DNA of 64,000 bases. Origin: an uncultured Rhabdochlamydiaceae bacterium (GTDB taxonomy: Bacteria > Chlamydiota > Chlamydiia > Chlamydiales > Rhabdochlamydiaceae). Under the pieces are notes generated by a model, which worked only from the letters and a program-made list of their open reading frames with translations, did no database searches and was not told the DNA's origin. Position numbers and translations under genes: made by a program. The first letter of the stretch is position 1; each line of letters begins with the position of its first letter. Shown here one piece after another: positions 48,693 to 58,401 of the stretch. The stretch spans positions 1,760,001 through 1,824,000 of the forward strand of contig CAVQHD010000001.1 of NCBI GenBank assembly GCA_963712275.1, read 5' to 3'.

Positions 48693-49442
48693 ATGAGCTG
48701 GTTATATGCGTTGATTTTGGGACTCCTTCAAGGATGCACCGAATTTTTCCCCATTAGCTCTTCTGCTCACTTGAAGCTTTTAAAAACCTGGCTCCAGATC
48801 TCTTCTGGGGAAGAAACAGTCCTTTTTGATCTTTCTTGCCATCTAGGAACGCTTTTTGTTTTAGTCATCTACTTTCGGAAAGAACTCTGGGACATGTGCT
48901 GGATTCATCCCAAAAAGATGGTGCCTTATTCCATTGCGCTTACTCCTCTTATTCCGGCTTATTTTTTGCTCAAACCGATTCGGTTATGGGCTTCCCAACC
49001 CACTTTTCTAGGTCCCTGCCTGATGATCACGGCTCTGCTCCTATTTTTGACTCAGCGGATCTCTCGAAATACCTCCCAAGCAATTGGATGGAAAGATGCG
49101 CTTTGGATCGGGGCTTTTCAAAGCATGGCTTTGATTCCTGGCATTTCTCGAAGCGCAAGCACGATTACAATGGGTCTCTTAAGAGGAGTTCCAGCAAAAG
49201 AGGCTGTCCGGTTCTCGTTTGTGCTTTCGATTCCCGCAGTTGCGGGTGGAGCCCTCCTCGAAACAGTTAAAGCTATCCATACAACCTCTTTCAACCTTCT
49301 CCCTTGCGCAATTGGGCTTGGAGCCTCGCTCTTAACAGGCTTTGCCCTTATTCGAATTGCAATCCCCCTGCTTGAGAAAAAGGTTTTTAAACCATTCGCA
49401 TGGTATTGCTTGATTATCTCCATTTTGTTAATTCTATTATAA
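48693..49442 (+). CDS. uppP: Undecaprenyl-diphosphate phosphatase
   Basis: QGCTEFFPISSSAHL, HLGT, PGISRSAST, RFSFVLSIP. Confidence 0.95.
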   Translation: MSWLYALILGLLQGCTEFFPISSSAHLKLLKTWLQISSGEETVLFDLSCHLGTLFVLVIYFRKELWDMCWIHPKKMVPYSIALTPLIPAYFLLKPIRLWASQPTFLGPCLMITALLLFLTQRISRNTSQAIGWKDALWIGAFQSMALIPGISRSASTITMGLLRGVPAKEAVRFSFVLSIPAVAGGALLETVKAIHTTSFNLLPCAIGLGASLLTGFALIRIAIPLLEKKVFKPFAWYCLIISILLILL

Positions 49443-49445
49443 TAT

Positions 49446-51689
49446 ATGGCAAAAAAAGAAAAAATTCCGGCGGCCACTCACCCCGAGACGAAAGGGCTTT
49501 TACTGCTTGCAGCGACCTTTATTTCTCTGCTTGCGCTTTTTAGCTATGATACGACAGACCAAACAACCAACTGGCTGGGAATCGCCGGCCATGGATATGC
49601 CTGGACCCTTTTGTACCTTTTTGGATTAACGGTCTACCCTTTGCTTGGGTTTTTAGGATGGGCTGGATGGACCTATCTGATCAAAGGGCAGGTCCCTTCT
49701 TTGCGCTCCAAAACCTTTTATCTTGCCCTTTTCATCCTCTCTTTAGGAGTCGTTTTAAATTTGGGCGCTGAGCTAGGGATGGCAGTGCCAGGAGCATTGC
49801 AGCATAAAATCTTATCGGAAACCGTCACGTTTGAATTCCCCTACCGCCATCACTCTCTTCGGCATAATTTAGGCGGCGTCCCTCTTTATTATCTCTACCA
49901 CGATTTACCTCGTTATAACATGCACCGCCTCCTAGGAAACCTCGGGGTTGGGATTACCTTTACCTTAACGGCGTTCATCTCTTTTCTCTTTCTCACAAAT
50001 ATTCAGGTTGTCGATCTCCTCCAACGGCTATTTCAAGCAAAACCTGCAGAAAAGGACTTTCCTCTTGCTAACCCGGAAGAGCTTGAAAAAAGTTTATCCA
50101 AGCCGGCTCCAGCCCTCCCCGCCCAGTCTGACAGGTCTGATAGGGAGACAACCTCTAAGCCTGCGATTCGGATTCGAACTCTTCAAGAAAAAGAAGAAAA
50201 AACAGAGGGGCGCTCTTCTCGTCCTCAATATGCCTCTGGAGGGTATGTCATCCCTTCTCCCTCTCTTCTGAGCAGCCCCAAAAAGGTGGACCAACCCTCC
50301 CTGAAAAAAGAACTGAAACGGCAAGCTGAGATTTTAGAAGAAACCCTTCTGAGCTTTGGAATTGAAGCGCAGGTGGGAGATATTAATTGCGGCCCTACCA
50401 TTACCTCATTTGAAGTCCATCCTGCCATCGGGGTGAAGGTTCAAAAGATCACCGCCCTGGAAAATGATATTGCCCTCAAGCTCCAAGCAAAGTCGATTCG
50501 AATCATCGCTCCGATCCCCGGGAAGGGAGCTGTCGGCGTGGAGGTCCCCTCTCCTTATCCTCAAGAGGTGAGCTTTAAAGAGATGCTTCTTGCCTATCAA
50601 CAAGGCCCTCGAAAACTGCTCATCCCGATCATCTTGGGGAAAACCGTAACGGGCGATAATGTCGTCAGCGACCTTTCCAAAATGCCTCATTGTTTAATCG
50701 CAGGAGCTACAGGATCCGGAAAATCGGTCTGCATCAATACGATCATCATGTCGCTCTTGATGAATGCAACCCCCGATGAGCTCAAGCTCATCATGATCGA
50801 CCCTAAGAAAGTCGAGCTCACCCCTTACACAAGGCTTCCCCACCTCATTGCTCCCGTCATCACAGAACCACATGGAGCTTATGCAGCGCTCAACTGGATG
50901 GTAAAAGAGATGCAAAACCGGTACGATATTCTCAAGCAGCTCGGGCTGCGCAATATCACCGCTTTCAACTCTCGAAAAATCAACGCTCAGCTGGAAGCAT
51001 CGCTCAGCGTCTCCATCCCTGAAAAAATGCCCGCTATTGTAGGGATTATCGACGAATTTGCCGATCTCATGATGGCCTCTAGTTCTGACCTTGAAACTCC
51101 CATTGCAAGGATTGCTCAGATGGCCCGTGCTGTGGGAATCCACCTGATCTTAGCAACGCAGCGCCCCTCGCGCGAAGTGATCACAGGGCTGATCAAAGCC
51201 AACTTCCCCACACGGATTGCTTTTAAGGTTGCAAGCCAAGTGAACTCCCGCATCATTTTAGATGATAACGGAGCTGAAAGCTTGCTGGGTAATGGCGACA
51301 TGCTGTTCCTCCCTCCGGGGACATCCCACCTGATGCGCGCTCAAGGAGCCTATGTCAGCGACGACGATATCAACCAAGTGATTCAGTACATTTGCGATCA
51401 GGCCCCCCCAAATTACCTCATTACCTCGTTCGACTCGATGGCTAAAGAACTAGATGGTGGAGCTGAAGAAGAAGGATCTCGCGATGCCTTGTATGACCAG
51501 GCAAAGGCAATCGTCATCGAAACAAATGTGGCATCAACAACGTACTTGCAACGAAAACTCAAAATCGGTTATCCCAAAGCTGCAAGCTTAATGGATGAGC
51601 TTGAAATGCGTGGGGTTATCTCCCCTCAAGACGGAAGTAAACCTCGGCAGGTGCTCATTAAAAATCGTGACGAAAGCAATCGACCTTGA
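49446..51689 (+). CDS. ftsK: DNA translocase FtsK
   Basis: N-terminal TMs, AGATGSGKSV, MIDPKKVEL, ATQRPS, gamma domain LQRKLKIGY. Confidence 0.97.
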   Translation: MAKKEKIPAATHPETKGLLLLAATFISLLALFSYDTTDQTTNWLGIAGHGYAWTLLYLFGLTVYPLLGFLGWAGWTYLIKGQVPSLRSKTFYLALFILSLGVVLNLGAELGMAVPGALQHKILSETVTFEFPYRHHSLRHNLGGVPLYYLYHDLPRYNMHRLLGNLGVGITFTLTAFISFLFLTNIQVVDLLQRLFQAKPAEKDFPLANPEELEKSLSKPAPALPAQSDRSDRETTSKPAIRIRTLQEKEEKTEGRSSRPQYASGGYVIPSPSLLSSPKKVDQPSLKKELKRQAEILEETLLSFGIEAQVGDINCGPTITSFEVHPAIGVKVQKITALENDIALKLQAKSIRIIAPIPGKGAVGVEVPSPYPQEVSFKEMLLAYQQGPRKLLIPIILGKTVTGDNVVSDLSKMPHCLIAGATGSGKSVCINTIIMSLLMNATPDELKLIMIDPKKVELTPYTRLPHLIAPVITEPHGAYAALNWMVKEMQNRYDILKQLGLRNITAFNSRKINAQLEASLSVSIPEKMPAIVGIIDEFADLMMASSSDLETPIARIAQMARAVGIHLILATQRPSREVITGLIKANFPTRIAFKVASQVNSRIILDDNGAESLLGNGDMLFLPPGTSHLMRAQGAYVSDDDINQVIQYICDQAPPNYLITSFDSMAKELDGGAEEEGSRDALYDQAKAIVIETNVASTTYLQRKLKIGYPKAASLMDELEMRGVISPQDGSKPRQVLIKNRDESNRP

Positions 51690-51921
51690 AAAACAACTCC
51701 ACCGCCGTCTGAAAATGATGGGAGTTCTTTTTGTCGTTTTTTCTGGCATCGCTCTAATATGGGATCTTTTTCCTACGACTGAAAATGAGATCGACAAGCT
51801 TCTCGTTGAACTTGAAGAGCAGCCGGCTCCGCTAAACCCTTATTTCGTCTCATCTGTTTTCGCAGCCGCAGGAGGCTTTTGCTTTTTCATCTACTGGAAA
51901 AAGAAGAAAGTGCTTTCCTGA
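51667..51921 (+). CDS. Small two-TM hypothetical protein (start uncertain)
   Basis: Two hydrophobic segments; fills the gap between ftsK and the MBL gene. Confidence 0.5.
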   Translation: MTKAIDLEKQLHRRLKMMGVLFVVFSGIALIWDLFPTTENEIDKLLVELEEQPAPLNPYFVSSVFAAAGGFCFFIYWKKKKVLS

Positions 51922-51948
51922 CAAACGGTCTTCTGCAACAATCACTGC

Positions 51949-52722
51949 ATGGAAGGATACTGTCCACTCGCCTCTGGATCGAAAGGAAATGCTATTTACA
52001 TTGGCTCAAAACAGACAAAGCTGCTGATCGATGCAGGAATTTCCGCAAAAGCAGTTCAAGACCGATTGAACCTTCTTGGAGTGAGCTTGCAAGAGATCGA
52101 TGCCATTTTAATCACGCACGAACACAGTGATCATATCCGGGGACTCTCTTCCCTTGCGGTCAAATACAAGATTCCGGTTTTTGCCAATAGCGACACGGCC
52201 CAGGCCATTTTAGAGACACTAGATGAGACTCCTAAATTCAAAATCTTTTCCACAGGAGAAACCTTTGAATTTGGCGATATGGAAATCCACCCCTTCACCA
52301 TCCAGCACGATACGTTAGATCCCGTTGCCTTTACGATTCGAATAGATCTCCTCAAACTTGGATTTTGTACCGACCTAGGGTTTGCGACAACACTTGTGAA
52401 AAACCATCTTAAGGGATGTGATTACCTTTACATCGAGTCCAATCATGACCCATCGATGCTTCATGCCTCCTCACGCCGCGAGATCGAAAAACAGCGCATC
52501 CTCAGCAGACAAGGACACCTATCCAACCAGCAATGCGCTCAGCTCATCACTGAGGTAGCCCATCCTGGACTCAAACACATCCATCTCGCCCATCTCTCAG
52601 AAGAGTGCAACCATCCTGATAAAGCTCTTAAGACAGCTCAGGAAGCCCTTGATTCCCTTTGCCTTCCTACGACTCTTTCTATTGCCCACCAAAACCAAGT
52701 AAGTCAGGCCATCCGGTTTTAA
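51949..52722 (+). CDS. MBL-fold metallo-hydrolase (YycJ/WalJ-like)
   Basis: LASGSKGN, THEHSDH, ESNHD, GHLSN, HLSEECN. Confidence 0.92.
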   Translation: MEGYCPLASGSKGNAIYIGSKQTKLLIDAGISAKAVQDRLNLLGVSLQEIDAILITHEHSDHIRGLSSLAVKYKIPVFANSDTAQAILETLDETPKFKIFSTGETFEFGDMEIHPFTIQHDTLDPVAFTIRIDLLKLGFCTDLGFATTLVKNHLKGCDYLYIESNHDPSMLHASSRREIEKQRILSRQGHLSNQQCAQLITEVAHPGLKHIHLAHLSEECNHPDKALKTAQEALDSLCLPTTLSIAHQNQVSQAIRF

Positions 52723-52735
52723 CAGACCCTTAATA

Positions 52736-52902
52736 GACCTCTTGCGTAACTAAGGTTCTGTCGATTTTCTGGATTATTTTGGCCGATTTTTAATTCTTTT
52801 TGCAGGGTTAATATACGAAGTTGATATTAACCCTGCAAAAAGAATTAAAAATCGGCCAAAATAATCCAGAAAATCGACAGAACCTTAGTTACGCAAGAGG
52901 TC
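52736..52902. mobile_element. Perfect palindromic MITE-like element (GACCTCTTGCGTAAC ends)
   Basis: 81-bp perfect arms 52734-52814/52824-52904; loop ACGAAGTTG; flanking TAATA/TAATA. Confidence 0.92.
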
Positions 52903-54917
52903 TAATACCCCGCAAGCTCTCGCAGGGCCTTCTCTAGATCCTGTTTTTGAGGAAGGACTTCGTCCTCTAGCTCTTTGCAATAAGGAACGGCGCAGGCTTT
53001 GCCTCCCACGCGTTTGACGGGAGCGTCGAGATAAGAAAACGCCTTCTCCATGATTTGAGCAGAGATCTCAGCACCAAACCCTCCAAAGAGAGGAGCTTCA
53101 TGGGCGATCACGAGCTTCCCCGTTTTTTTGACAGAGGCTAAGACCGTTTCAATGTCGAGAGGAACGATGGTGCGAAGGTCAATCACTTCCACCTGAATTC
53201 CTTCCTGAGATAACGTCTCTGCCACCTCACTGACCATGCAAATCATCATCCCCCACCCAACAAATGTCACATCTAATCCCTCCCGGACAAGATGGGCTTT
53301 GCCTAGAGGGAGAAGATCCTCTTTTCCAGGCTCAGGGCGCGCGCAGAAAACCCGCTGCCGATAGAGCCCTTTATGTTCTAAGAAAACGACGGGATTAGGA
53401 TCTCGAATTGCCGCTTTTAAAAGCCTTTTTGCATCGGAGGCGTTGCTAGGAATCACAATCTTAAGGCCTGGGCAATGAGCTAAAAACCCTTCAATGCTTT
53501 GCGAGTGGTAGGGCCCTCCCTGGATATATCCTCCATAAGGCATCCGCACCACCATTGGGCAGTTGAACTCTCCATTTGAACGGTAATGAAAACTGGAGAC
53601 TTCATTAAACAGTTGATTAATCCCCGGCCAAAGGTAATCGGCAAATTGGATTTCAGCAACCGGCCGGATGCCATCCACGAGCGACATGCCAAGGGCAATT
53701 CCAATAATCGTCGACTCTGCAAGAGGAGAATTAAAGCAGCGGCTTAACCCATGTTTGCCGGTGAGGTGACGTGTGACTCCAAACACCCCGCCCTTTCCAT
53801 GAGCGACATCTTCTCCAAATACAATGACCTTCAAGTCCCTTTCCATTTCCTCATCGAGCGCATGATTCAGCGCGTCAACCATCACAATCGATTCCCCTCC
53901 TTGGGACGGCTCTGCCAGAGGAATATCGGGCGTGTCTGCAAAGACTTTCTGATCTGCTGTTAAACGGTCAGGAAATGGAAGGCGCTCTGCTTCAGCAGCT
54001 GCCATCTCAATTTGAGCAAATGCTGCCTTCTTCATCTCTTCAAGCTCCTCAGGCTCCATAAGCCCCATCTCAAGAATCCAACGCTCAAGACGAGGAATAG
54101 GATCTTTTTCTCGCTCAGACTCAATTGATGCTTTATCTCGGTACTTTAAAGGATCGTCGCTATTGCTATGAGGTCCCATGCGAGGAACTTTTGCTACAAT
54201 CAAGCTCGGGCCTTGTTTTGAGCGTGCTTTATTCACTGCAGCTTGAAATGACGTCGAAACCGCTTCGAAATCGCAACCATCAATCTCATGAACAGCCAGC
54301 CCTTCATAACCTCGAGCCATTTTAGCAATCGTTCCTCCTGCTGTCTGTTCAACTTGAGGAACAGAAATGGCCCATCCATTATCTTGAATGACAAAAATCA
54401 CTCCAAGCTTATGCAGACAGGCAAAGTTAACCGCTTCGTGAAAATCGCCTTGTGATGTGGCCCCTTCGCCAGCAGACACATAGACAACTTCATCTAGTTC
54501 ACACAACTGCACTCCCTTGGCAATCCCGACTGCGTGTAAAAATTGAGAGCCGACACAGCTCGATTGGCACGGCATCCGAAGAGGACGGTGAACAAAATGC
54601 TCCGGCATCATTCGACCTCCTGAATGGTGAGGAACATCTCTGGCAAGAAAAGCGCCCAAAAGATCTGTCAGAGAGGATCCGAGGCCGATTGCAAAGGCAC
54701 GATCGCGATAGTAGGGAAGCCCCCAATCTTTTCCCGGAATGAGTGTCAGCGCGGCGACTGCTCCGACAAGTTCGTGCCCTGCAACGGAAAGCTGAAAGGT
54801 CCCCCCTTTATTTTGCCTAGAGAGCTTAAAACATTTGTCATCCATGTACCGCGTTAGCAAAGCGACTTCAAGTGCTTTGACAGCAAGTGATGAAGCTAAT
54901 AACAGTTGAGGATTCAT
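52902..54917 (-). CDS. 2-oxoacid (branched-chain type) dehydrogenase E1, fused alpha/beta
   Basis: GEGATSQGDFHE..N TPP motif, HSNSDD, GEDVA, EIQFADY, GGPYHSQS. Confidence 0.93.
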   Translation of the reverse strand: MNPQLLLASSLAVKALEVALLTRYMDDKCFKLSRQNKGGTFQLSVAGHELVGAVAALTLIPGKDWGLPYYRDRAFAIGLGSSLTDLLGAFLARDVPHHSGGRMMPEHFVHRPLRMPCQSSCVGSQFLHAVGIAKGVQLCELDEVVYVSAGEGATSQGDFHEAVNFACLHKLGVIFVIQDNGWAISVPQVEQTAGGTIAKMARGYEGLAVHEIDGCDFEAVSTSFQAAVNKARSKQGPSLIVAKVPRMGPHSNSDDPLKYRDKASIESEREKDPIPRLERWILEMGLMEPEELEEMKKAAFAQIEMAAAEAERLPFPDRLTADQKVFADTPDIPLAEPSQGGESIVMVDALNHALDEEMERDLKVIVFGEDVAHGKGGVFGVTRHLTGKHGLSRCFNSPLAESTIIGIALGMSLVDGIRPVAEIQFADYLWPGINQLFNEVSSFHYRSNGEFNCPMVVRMPYGGYIQGGPYHSQSIEGFLAHCPGLKIVIPSNASDAKRLLKAAIRDPNPVVFLEHKGLYRQRVFCARPEPGKEDLLPLGKAHLVREGLDVTFVGWGMMICMVSEVAETLSQEGIQVEVIDLRTIVPLDIETVLASVKKTGKLVIAHEAPLFGGFGAEISAQIMEKAFSYLDAPVKRVGGKACAVPYCKELEDEVLPQKQDLEKALRELAGY

Positions 54918-56020
54918 TTTTTCTTTTTGTATTGAATGGGGGTGACTTTTTTAACAGCAGGGATTGGAGGTCTTGGGGTCTCTGGAGATTTCTTTTCCTT
55001 CCGCCTAGGTAAAAACCCTTTAACAACATCCAGAAGACCTCTTTTCTTCGGAGCTCCTTTCTCCTCCTCCAGCGGCTCTTGCTGAGAAACAGCTTGAAGC
55101 ATTTTCGTCTCTCTTTCACCCACAATATCTTCAATTCCAGATAAACGGCTCGAAAGCTGCCTAAGAGATTCCAGCCTCTGCGAAAGGGCTTCCAGTTTTG
55201 TATCAATTTTTGCTCGAGTCGTCCCACGCAGGCTCGCGAGAAGTTCTGCCTCCGACCCGTAACGAGAAGAAAAGGTGACCGCTGATGCAGTCGTCACATC
55301 AGGAAGGTAGAGAAAGGTGCGGCATGGAGGGGGGACTGTGATAAAAATATCCCCTGTTAGCTGAGGCTCCACTTCAATTTTAATCTGCTGCTTTGGAGGA
55401 CGTCCTCTTTTAGGACGCGGATTGAGCGCTTCGCTGGAGTAATACGTCTTCGCCTTTTGGGCAAGAACCTCTCGCGTGTTTGTCACATCTTTGCCCACTT
55501 TAGCATCAAAGATTTGTTGTTTGACCTTTTCCATGATCATTTTAGGAATATCGAGATCTTCCTCGAAGACAAAGACAAACTCTTGCGAGCGGAGCCATTC
55601 GATGAGACGAATCCTCATCCGCTCAATATAATATTGCTGCCACTTTTCTAATTCTGAGAGATGGTCATAAATAAATTCTAAAAAGTTTTCCCGCGCCTCC
55701 TTAGACTGAATCACATCTAAAAGCTTTTCTTTCGTGTCGATGTCGTAAATTTTTTCATTTACAAACCCTTCCATAAATTTTTTAGTTTCATAAAAGGTCA
55801 TCTTGGGAACAAGTGCATACCGGTCGGTGTGCTGCGCAAGTTCAAGGGCGAGCTCATCTAGCTCTTTCTGCCCTTTGTCCAAGTCTGTAAAGAGGATAAA
55901 TCCTTCAATACGATCGAGATAGAAATCCCTTTCATCATCCGATTTTGCAAACGCCTCAATGAGACGATGAAAACGGAGGATTAATGGGTTCTGAGCAACA
56001 GGATAAGAATTTTTTTTCAT
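54914..56020 (-). CDS. UPF0158 family protein (chlamydial conserved)
   Basis: AFAKSDDERDFYLDRIEGF; ALNPRPKRGRPPKQ. Confidence 0.8.
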   Translation of the reverse strand: MKKNSYPVAQNPLILRFHRLIEAFAKSDDERDFYLDRIEGFILFTDLDKGQKELDELALELAQHTDRYALVPKMTFYETKKFMEGFVNEKIYDIDTKEKLLDVIQSKEARENFLEFIYDHLSELEKWQQYYIERMRIRLIEWLRSQEFVFVFEEDLDIPKMIMEKVKQQIFDAKVGKDVTNTREVLAQKAKTYYSSEALNPRPKRGRPPKQQIKIEVEPQLTGDIFITVPPPCRTFLYLPDVTTASAVTFSSRYGSEAELLASLRGTTRAKIDTKLEALSQRLESLRQLSSRLSGIEDIVGERETKMLQAVSQQEPLEEEKGAPKKRGLLDVVKGFLPRRKEKKSPETPRPPIPAVKKVTPIQYKKKK

Positions 56021-56047
56021 GATGGACCGGTTCTATTTCGTTTCATC

Positions 56048-58267
56048 TTAGCACAAAAATGAGATCTTGGCAAACAGAGGCCTTAGAAAATATATTACAG
56101 AATTCTGAATTACAGAATTCTGATCCCGGTAGACAAAAAATCTTTTTACGTTGCACTCTATTTGACGCTTCGATTGATCATAGCGTAGAAACGGCTGCTT
56201 TTCACCTCCCTGTGCAAACTCAATCATTTGCTGCAAATAACTCACAGGAATAGGATTCCCCTTCAGGTTACAGATCATCTCCTTCTCGCTATCGATCAAA
56301 ACGGTATCACGACTTTGATAAATATCAGAAAGAAGAGTTAAAACTTTGAGTACTTCGATATCGATTTCTATTGTTGTTGACCCTTTGAAAATTTCTAATC
56401 TTTGAGGAGCCGAAGTCAGCTTCATAACATAAGAGCGCGCCTCTTCGCTTGAAGCTGCATCATCAGCCTTGCTTCTACAGACCTCTACTTTCAGTTCCTC
56501 CAGATTCGATCCCATAGTGAAGACAGCTATAGGCTGATCATTTTGTAACAACTCCAATGAAAGCTCTCCTGTAGGCTTAGAAGTCATCACCCATGTAAAA
56601 AACTTGTTTTCAGAAGCTGCTACCGGACTCCAAATGGGACCTATTGTCCAGCTCTCGTTCTGCTTTGAAACCTGCTTTCGAAGTGCTTGCAACAGGCTGC
56701 GGCAACCCAAAAATGCCTGAAGGGCTTGCCCTTCTATTCTCTTATTATAAAATGTTTTTATCTGATCGAGCTTAAAGACTAAAAACTCCATGAGAGCAGA
56801 ACTTTGATTTAAATAATCCTGGATTGACCCGAAGGGTGCGATTGTATTCTCTTTTTTTACGCAAACTTTTTTTGTTTTAGTCGTACGATCTTCTTCAATT
56901 ACAAATTGTTCAGGCGGATGAAAAGAAATTCGTCTTTCTTGTTCTTCTTGAATATTAATAGTGGTATCACACTCCAGCATATAGGTAAAAGTCGTATTGC
57001 CTTCCTCATTGATCGAAATCCACCATTTCCATATGAATGAAGAGCTGGAAGGATATCCATACATGACAATTGCCTTTCCCTCACTTCCATTCTCAATCCT
57101 TAACCGAATTTCTTCTCCCATATAACTTATCATACAGGGAATAGCCTCAGAATCCTGCTGTCCTGAATGCTGAATAAATGGATAAAGCTCTTGATAAATG
57201 TGCTTGCGAGCAAACTTCTTTTCGGAATCTAGTAAAGAGCGGTATCGGACATAACCTGCTAGTTCACTCAAAACCTCCTCTTCTAAGAGAAGCTCATCAG
57301 GCTTTTTACCCAGCCATGCCTTTAAGGACCCTTCCATATTCTTGTCCTTTATATTCAGCATACCGTTGTCTTTCGAATGTCCCACGCACCATTCAGGCAG
57401 CACATCAGGCAGCACATATTCAATGAGATTTAGTCGATGTCCAAATATGCATTCGTGTAGCCACGGCTTTGGACTCATTAAAAAAGTTTTTATTTGATCA
57501 AGATTGCAAACCAACAACTCCATGAGATCAAATTTTTGGTCTTCATAACTCTTTAATAGTCCACAGTTTGTCACATCTCCACCTGGGTTCTTTACGTAGA
57601 CACAATCCTCTCCTTGTGGATTTTTTTGTATTTGAACATTCTTGGGAACTTCTATATCTTCACCTTCTCTCATGGTCATAAATCGTCCATCTAACAGCTG
57701 ATAGACAATTCCCATCTTACCCTCATAGTCTATCCAAATATTCCATTTCCAATCCGCTGAAGAGCTAGCAGGATATCCTCGCATGAAAAGAGCTTTCTCC
57801 GAATCTTCGCCCTCAATTCTCAATCTAATTTCTTCTCCATTACTTGTCCTATAGGGGATAACTACAGCATCTTCTGCGGCCATTGGAACAAGTGAATGAA
57901 GCTCTTGATAAATGCTTTGGCAAGTGGCCCTTTTGTCCTCATCCGATAAAGCTTTGTACGTCTTCTTAGTCGCGACTTCACTACTGCTTTTCACAAAATA
58001 ACCAGAGACTTTACGCGCGATTAAAGCAAAACAAACAGAAATAAGAAGATTGGCCCGCCACGCCACTTGTTGCCAATGGAGCAGAACCGCCGCAGGAGCA
58101 AAGCTTGCCGCAAGAAAAAAGATGGATTCTGTTGCTTTTGAGGAAAGTGGGGGGTTCAGGTATCTGCGAATGAGAGCAGGCATGACAGTCGACACCAAAA
58201 AAGAAGATGAAACAGCCCAAAACAATTTTTGAGAACGGGCTGAGGACAAAAGAGCTGATACCATCAT
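56048..58267 (-). CDS. Hypothetical protein with N-terminal hydrophobic domain and two internal repeats
   Basis: IYQEL..GEEIRLRIE..GYP.SSS..WKW..LDQIKTF occurs twice. Confidence 0.75.
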   Translation of the reverse strand: MMVSALLSSARSQKLFWAVSSSFLVSTVMPALIRRYLNPPLSSKATESIFFLAASFAPAAVLLHWQQVAWRANLLISVCFALIARKVSGYFVKSSSEVATKKTYKALSDEDKRATCQSIYQELHSLVPMAAEDAVVIPYRTSNGEEIRLRIEGEDSEKALFMRGYPASSSADWKWNIWIDYEGKMGIVYQLLDGRFMTMREGEDIEVPKNVQIQKNPQGEDCVYVKNPGGDVTNCGLLKSYEDQKFDLMELLVCNLDQIKTFLMSPKPWLHECIFGHRLNLIEYVLPDVLPEWCVGHSKDNGMLNIKDKNMEGSLKAWLGKKPDELLLEEEVLSELAGYVRYRSLLDSEKKFARKHIYQELYPFIQHSGQQDSEAIPCMISYMGEEIRLRIENGSEGKAIVMYGYPSSSSFIWKWWISINEEGNTTFTYMLECDTTINIQEEQERRISFHPPEQFVIEEDRTTKTKKVCVKKENTIAPFGSIQDYLNQSSALMEFLVFKLDQIKTFYNKRIEGQALQAFLGCRSLLQALRKQVSKQNESWTIGPIWSPVAASENKFFTWVMTSKPTGELSLELLQNDQPIAVFTMGSNLEELKVEVCRSKADDAASSEEARSYVMKLTSAPQRLEIFKGSTTIEIDIEVLKVLTLLSDIYQSRDTVLIDSEKEMICNLKGNPIPVSYLQQMIEFAQGGEKQPFLRYDQSKRQIECNVKRFFVYRDQNSVIQNSVIYFLRPLFAKISFLC

Positions 58268-58401
58268 ACCTCCTTCACTTAGGTGAAATGGAAAAGCAAT
58301 TTTAACAAAATTTCGACTTGTTCACCAGGAATAAATATATAATTTAACTGGCTCGATTGCGGCTGATGGTATATGATGTGCTGCTTAAAACTGGAACAGT
58401 T

